DNA of 64,000 nt from Phyllobates terribilis. Its lineage: Eukaryota. The stretch is taken from NCBI RefSeq assembly GCF_046119375.1, contig NW_027362761.1:1230762001-1230826000 (forward strand), given 5' to 3'. Below the pieces are notes generated by a model. It was not told the DNA's origin. It searched no databases and saw only the letters and a list, made by a program, of their open reading frames with translations. Positions 45,771 through 57,335 of the stretch are shown piece by piece (position 1 is the stretch's first letter; each line of letters opens with the position of its first letter). A program made the translations under genes and the position numbers.

Positions 45771-47935
45771 GTACCCCCCCTTTAGGCCCCCCCTTTTTTA
45801 GGCCAGACAGAAATTTAGCAAGGATAAGAGGGGCATGGATGTTCTCCCGGGGCTCCCACGTTCTCTCCTCAGGACCAAACCCCTTCCAATCCACTAGAAA
45901 AAAGGTCTTTCCTCTTACCCTTTTGGTGGCAAGAATGTTCTCTACCTCAAACTCGTCCTCAGCAGAAACCGGAGCAGGAGGCGTACCTGTAGACTTGGAA
46001 AAAGAGTTAAGAACCACAGGTTTGAGGAGAGATACATGGAAGGAGTTAGGGATCCGTAAGTTGGCCGGGAGTTTCAATTTATAGGCCACCGGGTTGATCT
46101 GACTGATGACCTCCAGAGGACCGATGAACCGAGGCCCTAACTTGTAAGAAGGTTTCTTGAGTCGGACATATTTAGATGAGAGCCAGACTTTATCTCCAGG
46201 ACGAAATTGTGGAGGATCCAGGCATTTTTTATCAGCGTGTCTTTTCATCCGTTCGGACGACTGAAGGAGTGCGGATCGGGTACTCTCCCAAATGGAGGAA
46301 AATTTGCTAACGAGAGATTCCGCAGCCGGGTTGTCCACAGAGGTGGAGACAGGAAAAGGAATCCGAGGATGCTGACCGAAGACTACAAAAAACGGGGATT
46401 TGGAGGAGGATTTGCTCTCGTGATTGTTATAAGAGAACTCGGCCCATGGTAGGAGATCCGCCCAGTCTGAATGATGGGCATTAACGAAGTGCCGGAGGTA
46501 ACTGGTCAGGTTCTGATTGATCCGCTCCACTTGACCATTGGACTGTGGGTGGTAAGCGGAAGAGAAGTCCAGGGTGACGTCTAGCAGTTTACAAGTGGCT
46601 CTCCAGAAGCGTGAGGTGAACTGTACCCCACGATCCGACACGATGTGGAGGGGCAGGCCATGAAGACGAAAGATGTGACGAATAAAGTCTTTAGCTAGCT
46701 CGGGTGCAGACGGGAGGCCTGGCAGGGGAACGAAATGAGCCATCTTGGAGAAGCGGTCAGCGACCACCCAAATGACCGTACAACCGGCAGAGACTGGGAG
46801 GTCAGTTATAAAGTCCATTGCTATATGCTGCCAGGGGGCAGCAGGTACAGAAAGCGGAAGGAGGCGACCGGCTGGCAGATGTCTCGGAACCTTGTTGCGG
46901 GCGCAGGACACACAGGCAGAAACAAAGTCTATTACGTCCTTGTGCAGGGTAGGCCACCAGTAGTGCCGGGTAATAAGCTGGAGGGTCTTTTTCTGACCGG
47001 CGTGGCCAGCCAGTTTAGACAAGTGACCCCAGTGAAGGATCTTCTCCCGATCAGGTACTGATACGAATGTCTTTCCGGGAGGGAGACGATTTAGACTCAT
47101 GGGAGCCACCTGCATTACTCTGGCGGGATCGATGATGTGTTTCGGATCTTCCTCGAGATCAGACACCAGAAAGGATTGAGACAAGGCGTCCGCCTTGACG
47201 TTTTTGTCAGCCGGGCGAAAATGAAGAACAAAATCAAAGCGAGCAAAAAACAAGGACCACCGGGCTTGGCGCGGGTTAAGTCTCTGGGCATGCTGGAGGT
47301 AAGCCAAGTTCTTGTGGTCAGTGTAAATTATTACCGGGTGAAGAGCCCCCTCGAGCAGGTAACGCCACTCCTCCAATGCCAGTTTGATGGCCAATAACTC
47401 TCGGTCTCCTATGGAATAATTGCGCTCTGAGGAGGAGAAGAGTTTAGAGAAGAAGCCGCATGTTACCATCCTCCCGGAAGATGATTTTTGAGTAAGTACC
47501 GCTCCGGCTCCAGAGGAGGAGGCGTCAACCTCCAGGAAGAACTGCTTGTTGCCGTCCGGGCGATGCAGCACCGGGGCGGAAGAGAAGGCCTGTTTTAAGG
47601 AAAGAAAGGCCTCCTCTGCTTCGGGCGGCCACTCTTTGGGATTAGTACCCTTACGGGTGAGCGCGGAAATTGGGGCAGTCCGGGAAGAGAAGTGTGGTAT
47701 GAAGAGGCGGTAGTAGTTGGCGAAGCCCAGGAACCGCTGAATGGCCTTCAACCCCTCCGGTCGAGGCCATTTCTCGATGGCAGACAGTTTCTCTGGATCC
47801 ATTCGTAGGCCGGTCTGAGAAATAATGTAGCCCAAAAACGGAAGCGAGGTCTGCTCAAAGAGGCACTTCTCGTATTTAGCGAAGAGGTGATTCTGCCTGA
47901 GCCTGAGCAGGACCTGACGAACGTCCCTCCGGTGA
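45766..47935 (-). CDS. Chromovirus (Ty3/Gypsy) pol: RT C-terminus, RNase H, integrase (zinc finger, DDE, GPY/F) and chromodomain; open up to the gap
   Basis: 689-aa ORF extends upstream in frame (HRRDVRQVLLRLRQNHLFAKYEKCLFEQTSLPFLGYII). Motifs DASSSGAGAVL, ELLAI, DHKNL, IAMDFITDLP, SDRGVQFTSRFW, PQSNGQVER, RFIGP, FEVENILATK...FLVDWKGFGPEERTWEP. Confidence 0.96.
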
Positions 47936-48035
47936 NNNNNNNNNNNNNNNNNNNNNNNNNNNNNNNNNNNNNNNNNNNNNNNNNNNNNNNNNNNNNNNNN
48001 NNNNNNNNNNNNNNNNNNNNNNNNNNNNNNNNNNN
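47936..48035. other. Assembly gap (100 N) truncating the retrotransposon
   Basis: Run of N. Confidence 1.
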
Positions 48036-48420
48036 TCTCCCTCTCCCGGTATCTGTCTCTCTCTCCCTCTCCCGGTATCTGTCTCTCTCTCTCTCTCCCG
48101 GTATCTGTCTCTCTCTCTCTCTCCCGGTATCTGTCTCTCTCTCCCTCTCCCGGTATCTGTCTCTCTCTCCCTCTCCCGGTATCTGTCTCTCTCTCCCTCT
48201 CCCGGTATCTGTCTCTCTCTCCCTCTCCCGGTATCTGTCTCTCTCTCCCTCTCCCGGTATCTGTCTCTCTCCCTGTATCTGTCTCTCTCTCTCCCGGTAT
48301 CTCTCTCTCCCGGTATCTGTCTCTCTCTATCTCTCCCGGTATCTCTCTCTCCCCCGGTATCTGTCTCTCTCTCTCTCTCGGTATTTGTCTCTCTCTCTCT
48401 CCCCCGGTATCTGTCTCTCC
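48036..48420. repeat. ~24-bp (CT)n-containing minisatellite
   Basis: Unit ctctccctctcccggtatctgtct with variable (ct)n. Confidence 0.93.
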
Positions 48421-48451
48421 TACGCTCTCCCCCGGTGTCTCCCGTTCTCAC

Positions 48452-48700
48452 CCGTTCAGTTTCTTCTCCCGGGATCCGCCATGTTGTAAGGTCACGTTTC
48501 GAGCGCTGATTGGCCGCGTGGAGGACGCTGGGAGCGGAGATCAGACTCTAGAGGCCGCACAGCCACAGCTCCGCCATATTATGTGAGGCGGAAGTCAGGT
48601 GCAGCCGGGAAATGTGTCCGCGAAAGAGTCTGCATCTGTGCAGTGAGGGAAAAGGCTGAATGTTATGTTCGTCTGGTGGCGTGACGTCACCCTCGTCACA
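48452..48700 (-). promoter_or_regulatory. Housekeeping-type CpG promoter and probable short first exon of an unidentified minus-strand gene
   Basis: Two YY1 consensus sites CCGCCATNTT (48476, 48571), CCAAT (48509-48513), ETS CGGAAGT (48589), palindromic CRE GTGACGTCAC (48681-48690); donor ACGG|GTGAGA at 48451. No transcript evidence. Confidence 0.6.
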
Positions 48701-48714
48701 TGTAGGCGTGTTTG

Positions 48715-51290
48715 TGGGGGGAGACGTCAGCGAGTGAGGGTCTGTGGGGGGAACAGACGTCAGCGAGTGAGGGTCTGTGGAGGGGAGGAGACGTCAGCGA
48801 GTGATGGTCTGTGGAGGGGAGTAGACGTCAGCGAGTGAGGGGCTGTGGGGGAGGAGACGTCAGCGAGTGAGGGTCTGTGGGGGAGGAGACGTCAGCGAGT
48901 GAGGGTCTGTGGAGGGGAGGAGACGTCAGCGAGTGAGGGTCTGTGGAGAGGGGAGACGTCAGCGAGTGAGGGTCTGTGGAGGGAGGAGACGTCAGCGAGT
49001 GAGGGTCTGTGGAGGGGGGGAGACGTCAGCGAGTGAGGGTCTGTGGGGGGGAGACGTCAGCGAGTGAGGGTCTGTGGAGGAGGAGACGTCAGCGAGTGAG
49101 GGTCTGTGGAGGAGGAGACGTCAGCGAGTGAGGGTCTGTGGAGGGGGGAGACGTCAGCGAGTGAGGGTCTGTGGAGGGGGGGAGACGTCAGCGAGTGAGG
49201 GTCTGTGGGGGGGAGACGTCAGCGAGTGAAGGTCTGTGGAGAGGGGAGACGTCAGCGAGTGAGGGTCTGTGGAGGGGAGGAGACGTCAGCGAGTGAGGGT
49301 CTGTGGGGGGGAGACGTCAGCGAGTGAGGGTCTGTGGAGGGGGGGAGACGTCAGCGAGTGAGGGTCTGTGGAGGGGAGGAGACGTTAGCGAGTGAGGGTC
49401 TGTGGAGGGGGGAGACGTCAGCGAGTGAGGGTATGTGGAGGGAGGAGACGTCAGCGAGTGAGGGTCTGTGGAGGGGAGGAGACGTCAGCGAGTGAGGGTC
49501 TGTGGAGAGGGGAGACGTCAGCGAGTGAGGGTCTGTGGAGAGGGGAGACGTCAGCGAGTGAGGGTCTGTGGAGGTGAGGAGACGTCAGCGAGTGAGGGTC
49601 TGTGGAGGGAGGCGACGTCAGCAAGTGAGGGTCTGTGGGGGAGGAGACGTCAGCATGTGAGTGTCTGTGGGGGAGGAGACGTCAACGAGTGAGGGTCTCT
49701 GGAGGGGGGGAGACTTTTGCGAGTGAGGGTCTGTGGAGAGGGGAGACTTCAGCGAGTGAAGGTCTGTGGAGAGGGGAGACGTCAGCGAGTGATGGTCTGT
49801 GGAGGGGAGTAGACGTCAGCGAGTGAGGGGCTGTGGAGGGGGGGAGACGTCAGCGAGTGAGGGTCTGTGGAGGGGGGGAGACGTCAGCGAGTGAGGGTCT
49901 GTGGGGGGGAGACGTCAGCGAGTGAAGGTCTGTGGAGAGGGGAGACGTCAGCGAGTGAGGGTCTGTGGAGGGGAGGAGACGTCAGCGAGTGAGGGTCTGT
50001 GGGGGGGAGACGTCAGCGAGTGAGGGTCTGTGGAGGGGGGGAGACGTCAGCGAGTGAGGGTCTGTGGAGGGGAGGAGACGTTAGCGAGTGAGGGTCTGTG
50101 GAGGGGGGAGACGTCAGCGAGTGAGGGTCTGTGGAGGGAGGAGACGTCAGCGAGTGAGGGTCTGTGGAGGGGAGGAGACGTCAGCGAGTGAGGGTCTGTG
50201 GAGAGGGGAGACGTCAGCGAGTGAGGGTCTGTGGAGAGGGGAGACGTCAGCGAGTGAGGGTCTGTGGAGGTGAGGAGACGTCAGCGAGTGAGGGTCTGTG
50301 GAGGGAGGCGACGTCAGCAAGTGAGGGTCTGTGGGGGAGGAGACGTCAGCATGTGAGTGTCTGTGGGGGAGGAGACGTCAACGAGTGAGGGTCTCTGGAG
50401 GGGGGGAGACTTTTGCGAGTGAGGGTCTGTGGAGAGGGGAGACTTCAGCGAGTGAAGGTCTGTGGAGAGGGGAGACGTCAGCGAGTGATGGTCTGTGGAG
50501 GGGAGTAGACGTCAGCGAGTGAGGGGCTGTGGGGGAGGAGACGTCAGCGAGTGAGGGTCTGTGGTAGAGGAGACGTCAACGAGTGAGGGTCTGTGGGGGG
50601 AACAGACGTCAGCGAGTGAGGGTCTGTGGAGGGGAGGAGACGTCAGCGATTGAGGGTCTGTGAGGGGAGGAGACGTCAGCGAGTGAGGGTCTGTGGAGGG
50701 GGGAGACTTCAGCGAGTGAGGGTCTGTGGAGAGGGGAGACGTCAGCGAGTGAGGGTCTGTGGAGAGGGGAGACGTTAGCGAGTGAGGGTCTGTGGAGGGG
50801 AGGAGACGTCAGCGAGTGAGGGTCTGTGGAGGAGGAGACGTCAGCGAGTGAGGGTCTGTGGAGGAGGAGACGTCAGCGAATGAGGGTCAGTGGGGGGAGA
50901 CGTCAGCGAGGGAGGGTCTGTGGAGGGGGGTGACGTCAGCGAGTGAGGGTCTGTGGAGAGGGGAGACGTCAGCGAGTGAGGGTCTGTGGAGGGAGACGTC
51001 AGCGAGTGAGGGACTGTGGGGGAGGAGACTTCAGCTAGTGAGGGTCTGTGGGGGGAGGAGACGTCAGCGAGTGAGGGTCTGTGGCGGAGGAGACTTCAGC
51101 TAGTGAGGGTCTGTGGAGGGGAGGAGACGTCAGCAAGTAAGGGTCTGTGGGGGAGGAGACGTCAGCGAGTGAGGGTCTGTGGAGGGGGGAGACGTCAGCG
51201 AGTGAGGTTCTATGGAGGGGGGAGACGTCAGCGAGTGAGGGTCTGTGGAGGGGGGAGACGTCAGCGAGTGAGGGTCAGTGGAGGGGGGAG
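48715..51290. repeat. ~31-34-bp minisatellite (~80 units), almost every unit carrying AGACGTCA
   Basis: Unit ggagacgtcagcgagtgagggtctgtgga(g)n; internal 696-bp duplication (identical ORFs at 49392/50088, 49468/50164, 49635/50331). Confidence 0.96.
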
Positions 51291-51944
51291 GCGTGTCATG
51301 GGTTTACCGCGACATACAGGAGTCAGAAGACCGCAACGTCGGAGTTCTTGTACTCCTGCATTGAATAGAAGCTCTTCTCCCTCTTATTAATTGGTGCTGG
51401 TCTCTTTCAGCAGTGCAGGAGTTAATCTGCTCAGCATTGAGTCTCTAGCTTCCTTGTAAGTTCTCAGCTGTGCAGTATCAGCCATTTCCCTGTCCTATAT
51501 AGTTTCTCCTCTGGCTAGCTGAGATTTCCAGTGTTAGGACTCCTATCCATATGTGAGAAAAAAAACGTTCTGATATCTGGATCGAAAAGATGGACGAGTG
51601 GCATGACATTTTCATGCGAATGCTATGCCATCTTCTCACTTAGCATCTGTGACGATACAGCTTATCTTAATCAACCAGTCGTCTCGATTTGTTAATCCAA
51701 GAGAAATACACTATTATCTTTGTGTTGACTTGTAAATGTATTTGTATGTCTGTGGCTGGTCAAGAAGGACAGACCAGTATTTGTATAAGGGCAGGGACAT
51801 ATGGCCGTATAATTCGTGTGATGATCGCATCGCACTGAACGGACAGGCCGGCACCTCTCCTGACTTGAGCATGACAGTATGATGGATTTCTATGCAGCTG
51901 TCAAGGTCAAATGTCATGCAAGGTGTGGGAAAGACTAAGTGCAA

Positions 51945-53131
51945 TGATGCGCCCCGTGGGGTACTCGGTAGCCGGGCCGGTCCTTTTCGGGGTAGTCACG
52001 GTGGCAGTGACCCAGTCTGTGGCCCAGGGCGGTCAAATAAAGCAAAAGTGAATTGGGGAATAAAGTGCTTTGGGATAAAGTTTGTGTATGCAGCTATATG
52101 TGGCCGCCGCTGCTATTCAGATCCACTGGGGCCATTGGTGACACAGCAGAGTTGGTTCAGCTCTCCACGGGCAGAGCTAGGCCTAAGGGCAGTTTATCGT
52201 GCTTGATGAGGTAGATGTTGGTGTAGTGCAAGGCAGGTGGCGCAGCAATTAAGTCAAGGACACAGCAGGGTGCAGTCTTCAAGTATTTACTCACAGTTGT
52301 CAAGATGCTCCAGGTTACAACCGCCGAATTATAACCACCCACGTCGACCTGTGTCCTCCGGGGAAGTTATCCAGCCAACTCTCATAACTGGGGTGCATTT
52401 GAACGGGAACCCTTTCTTGTGTACCTTTTCAGGTCGTCTCTCTCTGCGCTGGCTCTCACCCTCCTGCCCTGCGCCTCACACACAGTGTCCCGAGCCAGTG
52501 GCCGCGGGCCTTGTTGGGCAACGTCTTGTCTGTCCCCTTTGTTCTATATGGCCACCTTTTCAGCAATTGTGTGTGGTTTTTGGCTACGGCGCATGAAGAT
52601 ACCGCAACCTCCGGTTTGCTAGCTGAGTCTTGCAGTCTTCCATTAGTCTGGGGCCGGTCCCCTACTGCGGCCTGATCCCTCCAAGGTCAGCGCGAACTCG
52701 GACGCACGGGTGGCAACCCGCACTTCCCGTGCCCCTAGGATCTCTTCTATCTCTGAAGCCTTTCTCACTGCTCCGGTGTTCTCTCCTCACTCTCCTCCTG
52801 GGCCCCTTTTACTGAGCCCCTCGCCAAGGACTGGAAGCAGGAATCAACCCTTCTAGATGTTTCTACCCTTCCTTTTATACTCTACTGTCAGTGCTCCCCT
52901 AAACTACTTCTTCCACCCACCTCCTCTACTTAGTTCCACCTTCCTAACAGGGACCAGGCCTGTGCTCTCCCTTAGGAGCTATCTGGACCTTCCCTTATGG
53001 GGTGGTGTAGTGTTGGATGTGAGTGGTTGGGTCCTGGGTAGTGCTTCCTCCTTACCTGAGAGTGGGGTACCACACCTCTGGCAGAGATGCAGTACCTCTG
53101 TGGCAACTGGACCCGCAGTGGTGCCGCAGCA
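51945..53131. mobile_element. Probable degenerate solo LTR
   Basis: TG...CA ends with imperfect terminal inverted repeat (TGATGCGCC / GCCGCAGCA); no coding content; no clean TSD. Confidence 0.5.
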
Positions 53132-53600
53132 ACACAAAGGGATAAGGGGAAGGAAACCCTGACTCTAGGGAAAGGGGGGAATGGAGACCTCCTAGGCTGA
53201 TCTGATATCACCCTGTCTCCCCTACTGTCCCTATATTGGTTCTTCATCAATCGCCACATAGGAACCTATGCATGTATTTCCCTAGCGCTTGGCCCTGGAC
53301 AGTGAAGGAGGGGGATGAGCACTAGTCGATCCCCACTAACAACTACAGACAACAAGGTAGACAGACAGAGGGGAAAAATAAGCTTGATCCGACTTCAGAG
53401 AGATAACACACACGTCCTCTTAGCACCAGAGAGGAAGTAAACAGACTGCAGTTGCTCCAAGTTTTCACAAGGAAACATGTGAATATCACCAGCTCTGCCC
53501 TGCAGCAAAGTGAAACTATTTAAACACCCAGGCAAGGGTGTCAATTAGAGCAGGAGGGAGATAGCCGCTGGGTCATAGGATGATGCCAAATGAGGAAATC
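53132..53600. mobile_element. Probable LTR fragment of a second family
   Basis: Non-coding; resembles from memory frog Gypsy LTR sequence (gggaaggaaaccctgactctaggg...gatgagcactagtcgatccccactaac); not verified by search. Confidence 0.35.
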
Positions 53601-53824
53601 TGCAACCAACTGGAGGACGACTGTGACATCTGACACACCCGTGACATCAGGTCAGGAGAGGTGCCGGCCAGTACAAGGTTTACCATGCAATCCTTGGACG
53701 AGAAATATGGCAGTGTGTCCCTGCCATAACCCTGATTGTTGTCTCCTCTTTGATTCTGAAACAATGATGTTGATTTAAAGAACCCCCTACTATACCAACA
53801 ATGTAAATACATTAGATCAAACAA

Positions 53825-54627
53825 TGTGACCTGAGCACTGTGAGTAATGCCCTCCCTAACCCCTTACCTGTGAATGTGTACTTGCAAGGATAACTGTAAC
53901 TATTTTAAGGGACATGTGCCTCTGTAGCAGTCAGACTTGAAACGGAAATTGGAAAGAGACTTAAAACAGAGAATCAAGGAAAAGCAAAAGGACACACAGA
54001 CTCTGAGATCATCAGCTTGGAAGCGTGGCTTTAACCAAAGAGACACAGATTTTGATTCTACATGATTCAAGCCTAAGGGTATATGGCCCTGATTGGAAAG
54101 ATACGGATCTGTTCCATTGACCATCAGAGAGCCCATGGATACATTTGGGGAGACCAGGTTGGGACGATCAAGTCACCTGGCCCCATTGATATATGGTTTG
54201 GGGTTGCCAAGTGGGAACCCATGGTGGCATTCGGAGAAGCCAGATTGGGACCAGCCAGCCATCTGGCCCCATGGAAACTCTTTGAGAGGCCAGGGTGGGA
54301 CTCTCGGGTCTCCTGGTCTTGTACCTCAATGGACTGTTAGCTTCTTAAGCTTGCCACTACTGTCTCTCTGTGGGGGCCTGCCAGAAGCGGGGGGCCACTG
54401 GTTGAGGTAGTTGGCCCTGGAAGTCCCAAAGTCGCAGCAGTTCTATCACAGGCGGGCCAGTGGTAGGGCGAGACTGTGTAATATTGTACCATTTTTGGTA
54501 TTTGCTGGGACTGTTCTATGTGTTTATTGTCCGCTTTGTGGGTCAGTAAAGTATTGCCACGCTGTTTTACCCTCACCCTGTGTTGTCTGAGTAGTATTAT
54601 GCCCACAGAAGGCCCCGGGTCTTCACA
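53825..54627 (+). mobile_element. Solo LTR related to the 17084-17611 LTR (opposite orientation)
   Basis: Starts TGTGACCTGAG (vs TGTGAACTGAG), ends GGGTCTTCACA; the last ~450 bp align to the reverse complement of 17084-17460. Confidence 0.85.
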
Positions 54628-54775
54628 TTGGCACCTAGCATCTGATTTACATCTGATTGCCATCCATATGCAATCCGATTTCAATGCAATTTTAACATGG
54701 GTTTTTATATAGGGGAATTGTCTAGGTTATTTACACATAGTTTTCTATGGAAATATTCTTCACTACATATATATA

Positions 54776-56165
54776 CAGTTGTGCTCAAAAGTTTACATAC
54801 CCCGGCAGGATTTTTCCTTTCTTGGCCTTGTTTCACAGAATATGAATGATAACAAAAAACTTTTTCTCCACTCATGGTTATTGGTTGGGTGAAGCCATTT
54901 ATTGTCAAACTACTGTGTTTTCTCTTTTTAAATCTTCTTAATGACAACCAAAAATATCCAAATGGCCCTGATCAAAAGTTCACATGCCCCAGTTCCTAAT
55001 ACCGTGTATTGCCCCCTCTAACATCAATGACAGCTTGAAGTCCTTTGTGGTAGTTGTGGATGAGGTTCTTTATTTTCTCAGATGGTAAAGCTGCCCATTC
55101 TTTTTGGCAAAAAAGCCTCCAGTTCCTGTAAATTCCTGGGCTGTCTACATGAACTGCGCGCTTGAGATCTCCCCAGAGTGGCTCAATGACATTGAGGTCA
55201 GGAGACTGAGATGGCCACTCCAGAACCTTCAGTTTGTTCTGCTGTAGCCAATGACAGGTCGACTTGGCCTTGTGTTTTGGATCATTGTCATGTTGGAACG
55301 TCCAAGTACGTCTCATGCGTATCTTCCGGGCTGACGAGTGCAAATTTGCCTCCAGTATTTGCTGATAACGAGCTGCCTTCATCTTTCCTTCAACTTTTAC
55401 CAAGTTTCCTGTGCCTTTGTAGCTCACACATCCCCAAAACATCAGCGATCCACCTCCATGCTTTACTGTAGGAATTGTGTTCCTTTCATCATAGCCCTTG
55501 TTGACCTCTCTCCAAATGTAACGTTTATGGTTGTGGCCAAAAAGTTCAATTTTGGTCTCATCACTCCAAATTACCCTGTTCCAGAAGTTTTGAGGTTTGT
55601 CTCTGTGCTGTTTGGCGTATTTTCCATTTGTTAATCATAGTTTGAATGCTGCTGACTGGCATTATCAATTCCTTGGATATTTTCTGTATCCCTTTCCTGT
55701 GTTATACAGTTCTACTACCTTTTCCCGTAGATCCGTTGACAATTCTTTTACTTTCCCCATGACTCACAATCCAGAAATGTCAGTGGCTGGATGAAAGATG
55801 CAAGAGTTTGTCTGGATCCCAGAACCTCACTCAGCTTTTATGCACACACACTGATTACAAGCAAACAGGTCACAGGTGAGGATGTTACCTTTAGTAGCCA
55901 TTCAAACCCATTTATGTCAAATTCTGTGCATGTTATCAGGCCAAAATCACCAGGGTATGGGAACTTCTGATCAGGGACATTTGGATGTTTTTGGTTGTCA
56001 TTAAGATTTAAAAAGAGAAAACACAGTAGTTTGACAATAAATGGTTATTGGTTGGGTTAAGCCATGAGTGGAGAAAAAGTTTTTTTTGTTATCATTCATA
56101 TTCTCTGAAACAAGGCCAAGAAAGGAAAAATTCTGCCGGGGTATGTAAACTTTTGAGCACAACTG
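54776..56165 (-). mobile_element. Internally deleted Tc1/mariner (IR/DR type, ~215-bp TIRs) with a degenerate DD34E transposase
   Basis: TIR CAGTTGTGCTCAAAAGTTTACATACCCCGGCAG at both ends; TA on the left (TC on the right); minus-strand FQHDNDPKH...WPSQSPDLNVIEPLW with frameshifts and stops; DNA-binding N-terminus missing. Confidence 0.95.
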
Positions 56166-56309
56166 TCTATGTTAAATATATACAGACAGATTGATACATA
56201 CACAAATTCAGAAATATATATATATACATATAATTATGTGAGTGAGATATACTGTGTTTTGCATGTGTTGCTTCCTGTACATGTAATTTATTGTTAAATG
56301 AAAGAATTA

Positions 56310-57270
56310 GAAAAAAAAATAAATGGAGTGGGGCCCCCCGTAATTTTATTCTCTATCAGAGGGTAAGTAGACAGATGTGGGCAGATGTTTGTAGCCTGGG
56401 AAGGGGGTAAGACCCATGGAGCTTCCCACGCTACTAATATCAGCCCCCAGCTGTATTCTTAGCCTTAACTGGCTATTAAAATGGGGGACCACCAAAAAAA
56501 TCGACGTGGGGTCCCCCTATTTTAACAGCCAGCAAAGGCTAGGCAGACAGCTAAGGGCTGATAATAATAGCCTAGGAAGGGGCCATGAATATTGGCCCCC
56601 TCCCAGACTACAAACACCAGCCCTCAGTCGCCCTAGAAATGGTGCATCCATAAGATGCGCCAATTCTGGCCCTTAGACTCGCTCTGCCCATTGCCATGTA
56701 GCGATGGCAGTGGGGTTATAGGGTTGGGGTTGATGTCAGCTTATAATGCCAGCTGACATCAAGCCCAGGTTAGTAATGGAGAGGCGTCTATAAGACGCCT
56801 CCATTACTAACCCCATAGTGAAAGTCAAATGTGAAATGAAAACACCCACACCATGAATAAAATATTTTATTTGAAATAATCACACAGACACCTTTAATAT
56901 TCTAAATTAAACTCTACTTACCATTATGCCCATTCCACCTGAAGCCATTGTCACCTGAAATAAAAATAAAATAATAAACCAACCTCATCCTCGCCTTTCC
57001 CGTGTGAAGAACATAATCCTTTTGTCCCGCGACATGTCCAGCTCTTCTACATCTAGATGGCAGGCTGCATAGTAGCTTGATGCGACTATCCACCCTGCCA
57101 TCCTGGAGAGACACTGAGGAGCGCATGCTTGCAATCCTCAGTGACTCGCGGTGCCATCATCAACTTGAGAGGAGTTGATGTCATATGAACTCGGTTCACC
57201 TCAGTGACGTCAGCGCAAGCGTGGGAAAGTTCTCACTGCGCATGCACTGACGTCATTTACCGGCGTGACA
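56310..57270. mobile_element. Hairpin-rich non-autonomous repeat element (MITE-like)
   Basis: Several local stem-loops, e.g. ggttagtaatggagaggcgtct-ata-agacgcctccattactaacc (~56769-56812) and gggttgatgtcagct...agctgacatcaagccc; family not determined. Confidence 0.5.
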
Positions 57271-57335
57271 AGTTTTTTGTCTTCAGATAAACCTGTAAAT
57301 TATACTATAAGCTGCGGCCTCACTCCTCTGGTACT

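Larger units (their letters stand above)
51530..54710. mobile_element. Probable palindromic non-autonomous DNA element split by nested LTR insertions
   Basis: 22/23-bp inverted pair ggccggcacctctcctgac(t/c)tga at 51846-51868 and 53647-53669; similar atccatatg-containing ends near 51547 and 54663. Boundaries approximate. Confidence 0.45.

Noticed and set aside
45766-47935. Domesticated Gypsy gene (PEG10/RTL-like)
   Set aside because: It has an intact LTR and PPT and typical element organisation, so it is an ordinary retrotransposon.
48457-48459. In-frame TGA of MADPGRRN* as selenocysteine
   Set aside because: No selenoprotein homology or SECIS visible; a uORF is simpler.
51411-51455. Possible 45-bp plus-strand exon (tctctttcAG...ctt|GTAAGT)
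   Set aside because: Splice-like signals only; no homology and no linked upstream exon.
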